Assembly: GCA_958295675.1 (NCBI GenBank)
Contig: OY282360.1
Span: 658,026 to 722,025 of the forward strand
From: Minisyncoccota bacterium
GTDB lineage: Bacteria > Patescibacteriota > Minisyncoccia > Phycocordibacterales > JABAAK01
Length of the DNA stretch: 64,000 bases
Reading direction: 5' to 3'
Shown here: in pieces, positions 49,485 through 58,313 of the stretch
How the letters are laid out: the number at the start of each line of letters is the position of its first letter
Position numbering within the stretch: position 1 is the first letter of the stretch
Notes under the pieces: model-generated
Database searches by the model: none
Seen by the model: the letters and a program-made list of their open reading frames with translations, nothing else
What the model was told of the DNA's origin: nothing
Translations under genes and position numbers: made by a program

Positions 49485-50495
49485 ATGTTTAAAAATATAT
49501 TTGTCATAATAACAATCATCATTATCATTTTCCTTGTTGTATTCTTTGCCAGGAGTCCGCAGGATAGGAGTTTCGTCACATTCGGTACAGGCGGTATCAC
49601 CGGTGTCTACTATCCGACAGGTGGGGCGATCAGCAGTTTAATCAACAAGAAACAGGACACATACAACATCAAGTCGGCAGTCGCGTCCACAGGCGGATCC
49701 GTGTTCAACATCAATGCAGTTCTGGCGGGTAACATAGAATTCGGTATCGCGCAGTCCGACCGGCAGTACGAGGCGTACAACGGACTTGCGGAATGGGAGT
49801 CCGAGGGACCTCAGAAAAACCTGCGATCGGTTTTTGCAATCTACCCCGAAGCAATCACCTTAGTCGCATCCGAAAAGAGCGAGGTCAGCACCGTTTCCGA
49901 CTTGCGTGATAAACGGGTGAACCTCGGCAATGTCGGCTCCGGACAACTACAGAACGCGCTTACAGTGCTGAAAGTATTCGGATTGTCTGAAGATGATGTG
50001 AAAGCGGAGATGGTTAAAGCGGCTGAAGCACCAGGCCTGCTCCAGGATGGGCGCATAGATGCGTTCTTCTACACAGTCGGACATCCGAATGGCAACATCA
50101 AGGAAGCGGCATCCGGTCGCATACCAGTACGCATCATTCCTATTGAAGGTCCCGGCATCAACACACTTATCGTTGAAAACCCGTTCTACAGCACAACAAC
50201 CATTCCCATAACGATGTATCCGAAGAGTGTCAATACGGAGGACATCCCAACATTCGGTGTGGCAGCAACACTGGTAACTTCAAGTGAAACATCGGAAGAC
50301 ATTGTCTACGCGGTCACAAAAGAAGTGTTTGAGAATTTGGATGACTTCAAGGCCTTCCATCCGGCATATGAAACCATAACACCTGAATCCATGCTGGAAG
50401 GACTTTCCGCCCCATTACATAAGGGTGCAATCCGCTACTACAAAGAAGCGGGATTGCTGGAAAGAATAGACGATCGGCTGCTCGTTGAAGCATAA
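49485..50495 (+). CDS. TAXI-family TRAP transporter solute receptor
   Basis: TFGTGGITGVYYPTGGAI, STGGSVFNI, GIAQSD, APLHKGAIRYYKE. Confidence 0.93.
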   Translation: MFKNIFVIITIIIIIFLVVFFARSPQDRSFVTFGTGGITGVYYPTGGAISSLINKKQDTYNIKSAVASTGGSVFNINAVLAGNIEFGIAQSDRQYEAYNGLAEWESEGPQKNLRSVFAIYPEAITLVASEKSEVSTVSDLRDKRVNLGNVGSGQLQNALTVLKVFGLSEDDVKAEMVKAAEAPGLLQDGRIDAFFYTVGHPNGNIKEAASGRIPVRIIPIEGPGINTLIVENPFYSTTTIPITMYPKSVNTEDIPTFGVAATLVTSSETSEDIVYAVTKEVFENLDDFKAFHPAYETITPESMLEGLSAPLHKGAIRYYKEAGLLERIDDRLLVEA

Positions 50496-50520
50496 TCGGA
50501 TATATCGCCGATAATCGGCG

Positions 50521-52596
50521 ATGGATATGCAACACAACATACGAAACACATTCAGAATACTGAAAGATCGGCTGAAACCGGAAGTGCATGAGGAGATAGA
50601 GGAAGAGATTGAAGGTATTAGTATAAAGCGCACACCGCTGCTGATTATAATCGTTTCAGTTGCATGGGCGTTGTTCCAGCTCGCGCTTCCCCAACTACTC
50701 CTATTGGACACATTAGTTATCCGTGCGGTGCATCTCGCATTCGCACTGACATTAGCGTTTCTCACCGCAAATTTGTGGAAACAATCAAAACCGACGACGC
50801 TCAAAAAACCGTTCCGCAAAATCATCCGCTATGCAGCGATCAGTGTATGTATCGCGATAATAATCACCGCGGCGTGCTATATCATCATTGACTGGCAGGG
50901 TATCGCGGAGCGTGCGGGCATATTACTGACACGCGACATGCTGATGGGTGTGCTGTTAATCGCCATTCTGTTGGAAGCGACACGGAGAAAAATAGGCATG
51001 GCACTGGTGCTTACCGCCGCATTTTTTATATTCTACGCGCTCTTCGCTTCACATTTCCCCGGCATACTCGCGTTTAGAGATGTCTCAATAGTTGAGTTTT
51101 TCAATCAAATAACACTCTCATTTGAGGGTATCTACGGCATACCGCTCGGCATATCCGCATCAACAATCTTCCTGTTCGTGCTAATGGGCGCACTTTTGGA
51201 GCGCGCCGGTGCGGCAAGATACTTCATCAATCTCGCGCTCGCGCTGGTCGGCAGATCAAGGGGCGGACCGGCAAAAGCGGCAGTCGCATCAAGTGCGATG
51301 ATCGGCACCATATCCGGCTCAAGCATAGCGAATGTCGCGACATCCGGCGCATTCACCATCCCGCTAATGAAAAAGACGGGATTTCCGGCGAAAAAAGCGG
51401 CTGCAATAGAAGTTGCGGCAAGTACAGACGGACAGCTTATGCCGCCGATTATGGGCGCAGCGGCGTTCATTATGGCGGAATATCTCAATGTCCCCTATGT
51501 GGAAATCATTAAAGCAGCCCTTATCCCCGCGATTATCTCTCTCGCCTCCCTGTTCTTTGTGGTGCACTTTGAGGCATCAAAACTCGGTTTGCAAAAACTC
51601 GCAAAAGAACATATACCCCGCTTCACGAAAGTGCTATGGGGTGGCGCGCACTACCTTGCGGTCATAGGTCTTCTGCTCTACGAACTATTGGTGATGCGCC
51701 ATTCACCGGAGATGTCGGTGTATAAAGCGGTGCTGCTGTTGCTAGTAATTATCTTTGTCCAGGAACTATGGCGCGGATATAAAAAAGGATCAATCAATAA
51801 GGGTTTACGAGGTGCAGGCAGAACTATTGTTGAGGGATGTATTCTCGGATCAAAAAATATGGTGATGGTCGCACTCGCGACCGCGATCGCAGGCATTATT
51901 ATCGGTGTTATTAATATGGGATTAGGCAGCAGCATCACGCAACTGGTCAGCGCGGTCTCGTTGGGAAACATATTCCTGTTGCTGCTATTCACTGCGATTG
52001 CCTGTATTATCCTCGGCATGGGACTACCGACCACGGCAACATATATTGTAATGGCATCGCTCACCGCGCCTATAATTCTTGAATTTGGAGCGGAAATCGG
52101 TTTCATTGTGCCACTCATCGCCGCACACCTCTTCTGCTTCTACTTCGGCATCCTCGCGGATGACACTCCGCCGGTCGGTGTCGCCGCATACACCGCGGCA
52201 ACCATAGCAAAATCAGATCCTATAAAAACAGGTTTGCAATCATTCTTCTATGACATCAGAGATGCCATCATTCCTTTCATGTTCATTCTGAACACCGATC
52301 TCATTCTGTACAATATTGAAAACTTTTGGCTCGGTCTCCTCATCGCCATAATGGGCATTCTCGGCGCTCTCTCTTTCACCAGTGCATTGCAAGGTTGGCT
52401 TCTGATAAAAAGCAGGTGGTATGAAAACATCCTGTGCATCGGCGCGGCACTCCTCTTCCTTAATCCGGCATTTATCGGATTTTTCATCAATATTGCGGTA
52501 CCGTACTATGGCTACATAGCCGGATTGGCGATCTTGATGGGAGTCGTATACATACAAAAAACAAGAAAAAGTAAACAAGTTACGCTGGATGTATAA
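50521..52596 (+). CDS. TRAP transporter fused 4TM/12TM permease (TAXI type)
   Basis: RGGPAKAAV, ISGSSIANV, GQLMPPIMGAAAF, GMGLPTTATY, DDTPPVG. Confidence 0.93.
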   Translation: MDMQHNIRNTFRILKDRLKPEVHEEIEEEIEGISIKRTPLLIIIVSVAWALFQLALPQLLLLDTLVIRAVHLAFALTLAFLTANLWKQSKPTTLKKPFRKIIRYAAISVCIAIIITAACYIIIDWQGIAERAGILLTRDMLMGVLLIAILLEATRRKIGMALVLTAAFFIFYALFASHFPGILAFRDVSIVEFFNQITLSFEGIYGIPLGISASTIFLFVLMGALLERAGAARYFINLALALVGRSRGGPAKAAVASSAMIGTISGSSIANVATSGAFTIPLMKKTGFPAKKAAAIEVAASTDGQLMPPIMGAAAFIMAEYLNVPYVEIIKAALIPAIISLASLFFVVHFEASKLGLQKLAKEHIPRFTKVLWGGAHYLAVIGLLLYELLVMRHSPEMSVYKAVLLLLVIIFVQELWRGYKKGSINKGLRGAGRTIVEGCILGSKNMVMVALATAIAGIIIGVINMGLGSSITQLVSAVSLGNIFLLLLFTAIACIILGMGLPTTATYIVMASLTAPIILEFGAEIGFIVPLIAAHLFCFYFGILADDTPPVGVAAYTAATIAKSDPIKTGLQSFFYDIRDAIIPFMFILNTDLILYNIENFWLGLLIAIMGILGALSFTSALQGWLLIKSRWYENILCIGAALLFLNPAFIGFFINIAVPYYGYIAGLAILMGVVYIQKTRKSKQVTLDV

Positions 52597-52842
52597 AAGT
52601 CATGCGCATCTCAAATGAAACAAAGATCTGACAGTCATGGTACGGAAGAAAAATGTAAAAAGTAATCACTATGAATTATAATGTTGCATCATTTCGTTTA
52701 TGTGCAACACACAAACGAAGTGCCGAGTGTAAAAATAAAATTTTTTACACAAAAAAAGAAAAAAGGGGTTGCAAAAAATTAATAAGTAGTGCAAAATACA
52801 AGTGGACTCTAGAACAAGCACATTCAAGCAGGTTTTAGAGGG

Positions 52843-52870
52843 CAAAAACTCCCGCTTGCGGGAGTTTTTG
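52843..52870. terminator. terminator hairpin
   Basis: caaaaactcccgc-tt-gcgggagtttttg. Confidence 0.75.
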
Positions 52871-52957
52871 TGTTGAATACATACAATTATTTTTTTATCA
52901 TACAAGCACAGAACAAAAAGTGTACGAAAGAGATACAAAAAGATATACTATACTCAT

Positions 52958-53031
52958 CTCCTCGTAGCTCAGCTGGATAGAGCAACTCCCTTCTAAGGAG
53001 TAGGTCGCAGGTTCGAATCCTGCCGAGGAGG
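52958..53031 (+). tRNA. tRNA-Arg(UCU)
   Basis: CTCCTCG/CGAGGAG acceptor, anticodon arm ACTCC-CTTCTAA-GGAGT. Confidence 0.95.
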
Positions 53032-53051
53032 CCCGGAGAAATACCGGCATA

Positions 53052-53123
53052 CTCCCCGTAGTTTAACGGATAGAACACAGGCTTCCGGAGCCTGCGATGC
53101 GGGTTCAATTCCTGCCGGGGAGG
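53052..53123 (+). tRNA. tRNA-Arg(CCG)
   Basis: CTCCCCG/CGGGGAG acceptor, anticodon arm CAGGC-TTCCGGA-GCCTG. Confidence 0.95.
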
Positions 53124-53180
53124 CTTAATGGAGGTGGAAATGACACCTTGCCGTAAGTTTTCCTCGTATACTATGTATGT

Positions 53181-54479
53181 ATGGATACGCAGTATGTAAA
53201 AATCCCGTTTCTGGGTACGGTCTGCGCTAAAACTTCACTAGGTACAGCGATATGTGGTACTCCGTCTACAATAACTGTTTCAAAAGATATCTTACAACCA
53301 AGGAAAAAATACTATTCACTAACAATAGGCGGCGATAGTATGCGACACACCTACAAAGATGGCGAGACCATTCTTGTAGAGAATACCAAAAATGCACAAC
53401 AGGATGATGTGATTATCGCCAGGACACAGGAGGGAGACACCATAAAGAGAATAAAAACTCTCACAGAAAAAAGAATTGTTCTTATAGCCGATAATAAAGA
53501 AACACTGTCATTTCCAAAAAATAAGATGGACATTCTCGGCGTTGTCATTGGCAAGATAGATGTAACAGAACAGGAAAGTGTCAACCTTGTCTCAAAAAAC
53601 ATACTGACTGAAAAATTGCACATAAAAAACAAAATTATCTGCGGTGACACGCTGATAGAAATGAGAAAAATTCCAACCGCAAGTGTTGATGTCATCATTG
53701 CCGATCCACCGTATAACATAGGAAAAGATTTCGGAAACAATAAGGACAAAAAAGATATGGAGGAATATATCGGATGGTGCAAGGTGTGGATTGATGAAGG
53801 ATTGCGGTGTCTTAAACCGGAAGGAACAATGTTTATTTATGGTTTTAGTGAAATACTAGCACACCTTGCAACAAACACACGGGCAAACAAAAGGTGGTTG
53901 GTATGGCACTACACCAACAAAAATGTTGCATCACTAAACTTTTGGCAGCGAAGCCACGAAGGGGTGCTGTGCGTCTGGAAAGAGAAAAAACCAAAATTTT
54001 TCAGAGACGCAATCAGAGAACCGTACTCCGAAACATTCTTGAAAAATTCCGCCGGCAAGGTAAGAAAATCAAAATCCTGCAGATTCAGCAATGGAGAGAG
54101 TACCACGATTTACAAGGCACATTCAAAGGGTGCTCTACCGCGAGATGTCATTAAAACCCCGGCACTTGCCGGAGGAGCAGGAAAATCGGAAAGACATTTC
54201 CTCTGCAAAACCTGTAACAAAGTATATTTGTCAAAAAATCTTGACGAACACAGAACACACACAACTCTGAAGCACCCAACACAAAAACCAAGAGTACTTA
54301 CTGAAAAATTGCTTCATTCCTGCCTCAATAAAAAAGGATTGGTGCTCATTCCTTTTGCTGGATCAGGATCGGAGTGCCTTGTGGCAAAACAACTCGGACA
54401 CGACTTTGTTGGTATAGAAATAAACGAAGAATATATACAATTAGCAAACGGTCTATTCAATAAGAAAATGCCTAAATAG
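53181..54479 (+). CDS. S24 (LexA/UmuD) peptidase domain fused to a beta-class N6-A DNA methyltransferase
   Basis: IPFLGTV..GDSM..DGETILVE..TIKR..ILGVVIG, then IADPPYNIG, HPTQKP, IPFAGSGS. Confidence 0.85.
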   Translation: MDTQYVKIPFLGTVCAKTSLGTAICGTPSTITVSKDILQPRKKYYSLTIGGDSMRHTYKDGETILVENTKNAQQDDVIIARTQEGDTIKRIKTLTEKRIVLIADNKETLSFPKNKMDILGVVIGKIDVTEQESVNLVSKNILTEKLHIKNKIICGDTLIEMRKIPTASVDVIIADPPYNIGKDFGNNKDKKDMEEYIGWCKVWIDEGLRCLKPEGTMFIYGFSEILAHLATNTRANKRWLVWHYTNKNVASLNFWQRSHEGVLCVWKEKKPKFFRDAIREPYSETFLKNSAGKVRKSKSCRFSNGESTTIYKAHSKGALPRDVIKTPALAGGAGKSERHFLCKTCNKVYLSKNLDEHRTHTTLKHPTQKPRVLTEKLLHSCLNKKGLVLIPFAGSGSECLVAKQLGHDFVGIEINEEYIQLANGLFNKKMPK

Positions 54480-55170
54480 CATCAATCTCCTCTTTTTTCT
54501 CACGAAACACTTTCGGAGTAAACACCACAAACCCGTTACCCAACCTCTTCAGATTTTTATTTTCTATAAAATCAAGGTACGGCTTTCTATACTCGCCGTT
54601 CAGTTTCTTCGGTTTTTCAAACACTTCCTGATTCGGCACAGCGTATTCAATATCTATCGACTCACCCTGCAACTGTTGTTTACTTGTCCTCGGTCGGCGC
54701 ACCTCCCTACTCTGTGTGCGTTTTTTAACCTGATAGTTAAGCATGCGTCCTTTATAATGAACTTGTATATCTGCATTCTTTCTATCAAGCTCGGTAGACA
54801 TATTCACCGTACCGGCACCAAACACCTGTTCGGCAACATACCCGGCGTGTATCTGTGTAATGATGCTCGCCCAAGTCCGGTAAATTCTCGCAGGCAGTCC
54901 TCTATAAAAACAATCAGGACATATTGTTGTCTTATCCCGAAACTCCTCTATATCCTGTTCGTATTTTTTACTGTATCGTTTGTAAAATGTATCAAAGTTA
55001 ACATACTCACGCTTATCCCAGTAAATCTCGTACATTAAATCAAGTGCCTGTATATTTCTCGGCAAGTCCATCTCCACGATTTTAATCGGCTGGTACTTTT
55101 TCCTGTACCCAGCCAAATCCACACCCTCAAGGAATGAGTCAAAAGATTGTGTGTCGTTTATTGTATACAT
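54472..55170 (-). CDS. TaqI-family restriction endonuclease
   Basis: FL..VDLAGYRKKYQPIKIVEMDLPR, GLPARIYRT, LD.KNAD...QVKK, LGNGFVVF parallel R.TaqI. Start uncertain. Confidence 0.8.
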   Translation of the reverse strand: MYTINDTQSFDSFLEGVDLAGYRKKYQPIKIVEMDLPRNIQALDLMYEIYWDKREYVNFDTFYKRYSKKYEQDIEEFRDKTTICPDCFYRGLPARIYRTWASIITQIHAGYVAEQVFGAGTVNMSTELDRKNADIQVHYKGRMLNYQVKKRTQSREVRRPRTSKQQLQGESIDIEYAVPNQEVFEKPKKLNGEYRKPYLDFIENKNLKRLGNGFVVFTPKVFREKKEEIDAI

Positions 55171-55324
55171 ACTACTAAAAATATATCTCACACCTTGAGT
55201 TGCGGGTTGCATAGATATAGATAAAGTATAGCAAATAAACAAAATTATGTCTTTGTGTCGAATATCTTGATTTACAGCAAGATGTCTGCTAAAATACAAA
55301 TACAACAAGTGATAAAATACTTAT

Positions 55325-55939
55325 ATATCAGATTCATACCCATACACAGTAATAAACAACAAGCTTGAGCCTGTTTTCCAAAAAATCCAACAGGCTGCAA
55401 AACCAGAAAGATTTAATGCTGCCTTTCTGCAAAAACTTGGTTTCGCCAGCTCAAATTATCGAGCAATCGTACCCCTGTTTAAAAAACTTGGTTTCATTAA
55501 TGAGGATGGGTCCCCCACCGAATATTATGATAGGTTGCGCGATGCAACAGACTGGCAATATGTGCTTGGGGAAAGAATAAAAGAATTGTACAAGGATCTC
55601 TACAATATAGACACTGAAATCCATCAAAAGAATCAAGATGAAATAAAGGGGGCTGTTAACCGTGTTACTGGAAAAGATAAAAAAAGTGTTGACAGATATG
55701 TCTTAACTTTCTCATCATTAAGCAATATGGCAAAGTTTGGGGTCTCACCGAAAACAACAAAGGTACCAGAAAGTGCAGCAAACACCAAAGAAAAACAAAA
55801 AAAGGACGAACACTCTGTCAAAGGAAGTTTAGATGGAATCAGTTTAAATCAAAACATCCAAATACAACTACCAATGACCAAAGACACTGCGGTTTACAAT
55901 GCTATCTTCCAGAGCATACGAGAAAATCTGTTGGATTGA
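55325..55939 (+). CDS. DUF5343-like protein with apparent ATA start
   Basis: Open frame (I)SDSYPY..KIQQAAKPERFNAAFLQKLGF.SSNYRAIVPLFKKLGFINEDGSPT..., C-terminal NIQIQLP...VYNAIF.SIRENL. Confidence 0.7.
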   Translation: MSDSYPYTVINNKLEPVFQKIQQAAKPERFNAAFLQKLGFASSNYRAIVPLFKKLGFINEDGSPTEYYDRLRDATDWQYVLGERIKELYKDLYNIDTEIHQKNQDEIKGAVNRVTGKDKKSVDRYVLTFSSLSNMAKFGVSPKTTKVPESAANTKEKQKKDEHSVKGSLDGISLNQNIQIQLPMTKDTAVYNAIFQSIRENLLD

Positions 55940-55940
55940 T

Positions 55941-56531
55941 ATGAAAAAAACAAACAAAAAGTATATGGATGATCTCAAAAGAATGACTTTCAACGGAATT
56001 CTGGCAATAGAAAGTCTCAATGCTTTATCAAAGAATGGAATTGATATAAGAGTGCTTGAAAAAAAGGAAGAAAGGGAAGAGCAGGAAAATGATTTTAGCC
56101 CAATTTTACTAAATAAAGCAAGAAGTATGAGCAGAGTTTACGAAATGTTTTTCTGTATGGAGAACGCTGCCAGATCACTGATAGAAGAGCGTCTTTCGGA
56201 ACGAATGAACGAAAATTGGTGGGAAACCTGTGTTTCAGAAAACATAAAAAAATCTGTCGAAACCTTAAGAAAGAAAGAAGAAAAAAATAAATACCACACC
56301 CAAAGAAATTTACATCCAATTGGGTACACAATGTTTGGAGATCTTGAAAAAATTATCATCAATAATTGGGAAAATTTTTCCGATATCTTTCCCGAACAAT
56401 ATTGGATATCGTCTCGTTTTAATGATTTAGAATTATCAAGAAATATCATCATGCACACAGGGACACTTCCAGAAACAGAAATAGGAAGAATTGAGGGAAT
56501 AGTTAGAGATTGGATAAACCAAACTGGGTAG
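55941..56531 (+). CDS. Swt1-like HEPN domain protein
   Basis: MSRVYEMFFCMENAARSLI, WWE, NWENF, SRNIIMH (Rx4H). Starts 1 nt after the DUF5343 stop. Confidence 0.8.
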   Translation: MKKTNKKYMDDLKRMTFNGILAIESLNALSKNGIDIRVLEKKEEREEQENDFSPILLNKARSMSRVYEMFFCMENAARSLIEERLSERMNENWWETCVSENIKKSVETLRKKEEKNKYHTQRNLHPIGYTMFGDLEKIIINNWENFSDIFPEQYWISSRFNDLELSRNIIMHTGTLPETEIGRIEGIVRDWINQTG

Positions 56532-56862
56532 TTTTATACAAAGCAATTTGTAAGTATTTCCAGTTTTGAATCTTTGCGACCGAAAAGTGCAAAAAAGATA
56601 AAACAGGGAAAACAGAGCGAAACATTCCATATCTCGCGTAAGAGTGAAAAATAGCAGAGTGTTTATGTATACAACTGCTTCGCTTTTTTGAATAGGTTCG
56701 AAACTGCGGGGTGAAGTGACGGTACCCAACCAAACGAACACCCTGTTACTATAGACCGTCCTGCCAGTACCTCCATAACTCCTACAGTACCATGACGAGG
56801 GCACGGGATTGGACGGCGGATTGAAAGGAAAAAGAAGTAAATATATCTACAATCTATACTAC

Positions 56863-56976
56863 CTACTACCGCAAACCCTTCAGTTTCGCCCGCAGTATCG
56901 CAACTTCAAGTGCTTTGTCGGAAGATGCTATCTTTTCCTCAAGCGCGGCAATAAGATGGCGGCGAACCGCTTCCTT
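56863..56976. repeat. diverged copy A of the helicase 3' end
   Basis: 90/114 nt identical to 58200-58313 by hand alignment, including the double stop. Confidence 0.92.
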
Positions 56977-57333
56977 AGCCCGGGCGTATAAAAAATCACC
57001 GGCTAAGAGCGCTTCTTTAATACTCCACTTTTTATGCGCTGTGGTCCGGCCCCGGCGCAACGATGCCTCGTCAATGATATCATCATGTATTAATGACGCC
57101 GCATGAATATATTCCACCGCCAACGCCGCTTGGATGCCAGCTTCCCCGCGCTGTCCCATCAAGCGATAAAAAGTTAAAAGTAACAGAGGCCGAATGTATT
57201 TCCCTTCGCCGCGTAGAATATAGGTCATTCGTTCTTGCAGATCTGGATGACAATCCACCGCCACCAATCGGCACTTAAACTCAGCCATTGTCTCCGCCAC
57301 GACCGCGGTAGGGAAACCGCTTGGCGGTTTCAC
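56866..57333 (-). pseudogene. chimera: N-terminal polyprenyl diphosphate synthase (IspB-like) fused to the helicase C-terminal tail
   Basis: GKYIRP, AVEYIHAASLIHDDIIDEASLRRG, LAGDFLY, then RRHLIAALEEKI...KLKGLR. Second DDxxD motif absent. Confidence 0.75.
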
Positions 57334-58115
57334 AGAATATCGTTCATCGTGTAGAGACCCGCTTTGCTCTGGTCCGCCAGCCAGGCCGCGGCGCGTAACG
57401 CGCCTCGAGCAAACAGAACACGGGAATTGGCTTGATGACGAATTTCCAACACCTCCCCCTCGCCGATGAAGCGCACGCTATGTTCGCCGACTAGATCCCC
57501 GCCACGCGTTACTTGAAAGCCGATACTACCCGCTGTTCGTTCGCCTTCTTGGCAGCGATCATAAACAGCCAGTTCGTCTAAGGGGCAATCACGCGTCGCG
57601 GCTAGTAAACGACCAAGCATCAATGCTGTGCCGGAAGGGGCGTCTTTTTTATGCTTATGATGCGCCTCGGCAATTTCAATATCATATTCTTCGCCCAGAT
57701 GTCGCGCTGCTTGCTGCGCCAACTCGCCGCAAACATAAATACCCAGGCTCATATTCGCCGCCCAGAAAATTGGAATCTGGTTGGCTGTTTTCTTAATCAG
57801 ATCGATCTGCTGAGTTGAATGTCCCGTCGTCCCGATGACTAGACCTATGCCTTGCGCGGCGCATCCGTGTAAAACATCTATAATTGCATCCGGATGCGAA
57901 AAATCAATGAGCACCTTACATCCGGTTGGATCAATTGCGCTTATGCAGATAAGAGGATGATCGCCGCCACTGAGCGGCGCAATATCCTTGTTAGCCATGG
58001 GACTGGTTGGTTCCACGATCGCAACAGTTGCTCGCATAGCCGATGCGGCATGCGCTAAACGCAGGATCGTTAAACCCATTTTACCATCCGCGCCGCAAAC
58101 TCCTATCCTTAGCAT
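57330..58115 (-). CDS. dapB: 4-hydroxy-tetrahydrodipicolinate reductase
   Basis: GADGKMG, IDFS, VIGTTG, AANMSLG, EAHHKHKKDAPSGTA, RGGDLVGEH, FARGA. Confidence 0.96.
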   Translation of the reverse strand: MLRIGVCGADGKMGLTILRLAHAASAMRATVAIVEPTSPMANKDIAPLSGGDHPLICISAIDPTGCKVLIDFSHPDAIIDVLHGCAAQGIGLVIGTTGHSTQQIDLIKKTANQIPIFWAANMSLGIYVCGELAQQAARHLGEEYDIEIAEAHHKHKKDAPSGTALMLGRLLAATRDCPLDELAVYDRCQEGERTAGSIGFQVTRGGDLVGEHSVRFIGEGEVLEIRHQANSRVLFARGALRAAAWLADQSKAGLYTMNDIL

Positions 58116-58199
58116 AATTGTAGTATACTGTAAAACATTTTATGACTCATTATAACCATGTTTCATAGAAAAAACCAAAAATATCCGTAATTTGTACTG

Positions 58200-58313
58200 C
58201 TATTATCGCAAATCCTTCAGTTTCGCCCGCAATATCGCAACTTCAAACGGCTTATCCGAAGATTTAATTTTTTCCTCAAGCGCGCTGATAAGGTGCCGAC
58301 GCGCCGTTTTCTT
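58200..58313. repeat. copy B (current 3' end of the helicase gene)
   Basis: Matches 56863-56976. Confidence 0.92.

Noticed and set aside
52832-52840. GTTTTAGAG resembling a type II CRISPR repeat start
   Set aside because: Single 9-mer, no repeat-spacer array and no cas genes.
56863-58313. Helicase-tail repeat as a diversity-generating retroelement TR/VR pair
   Set aside because: Mismatches are not restricted to adenines and are largely synonymous. There is no reverse transcriptase in the window.
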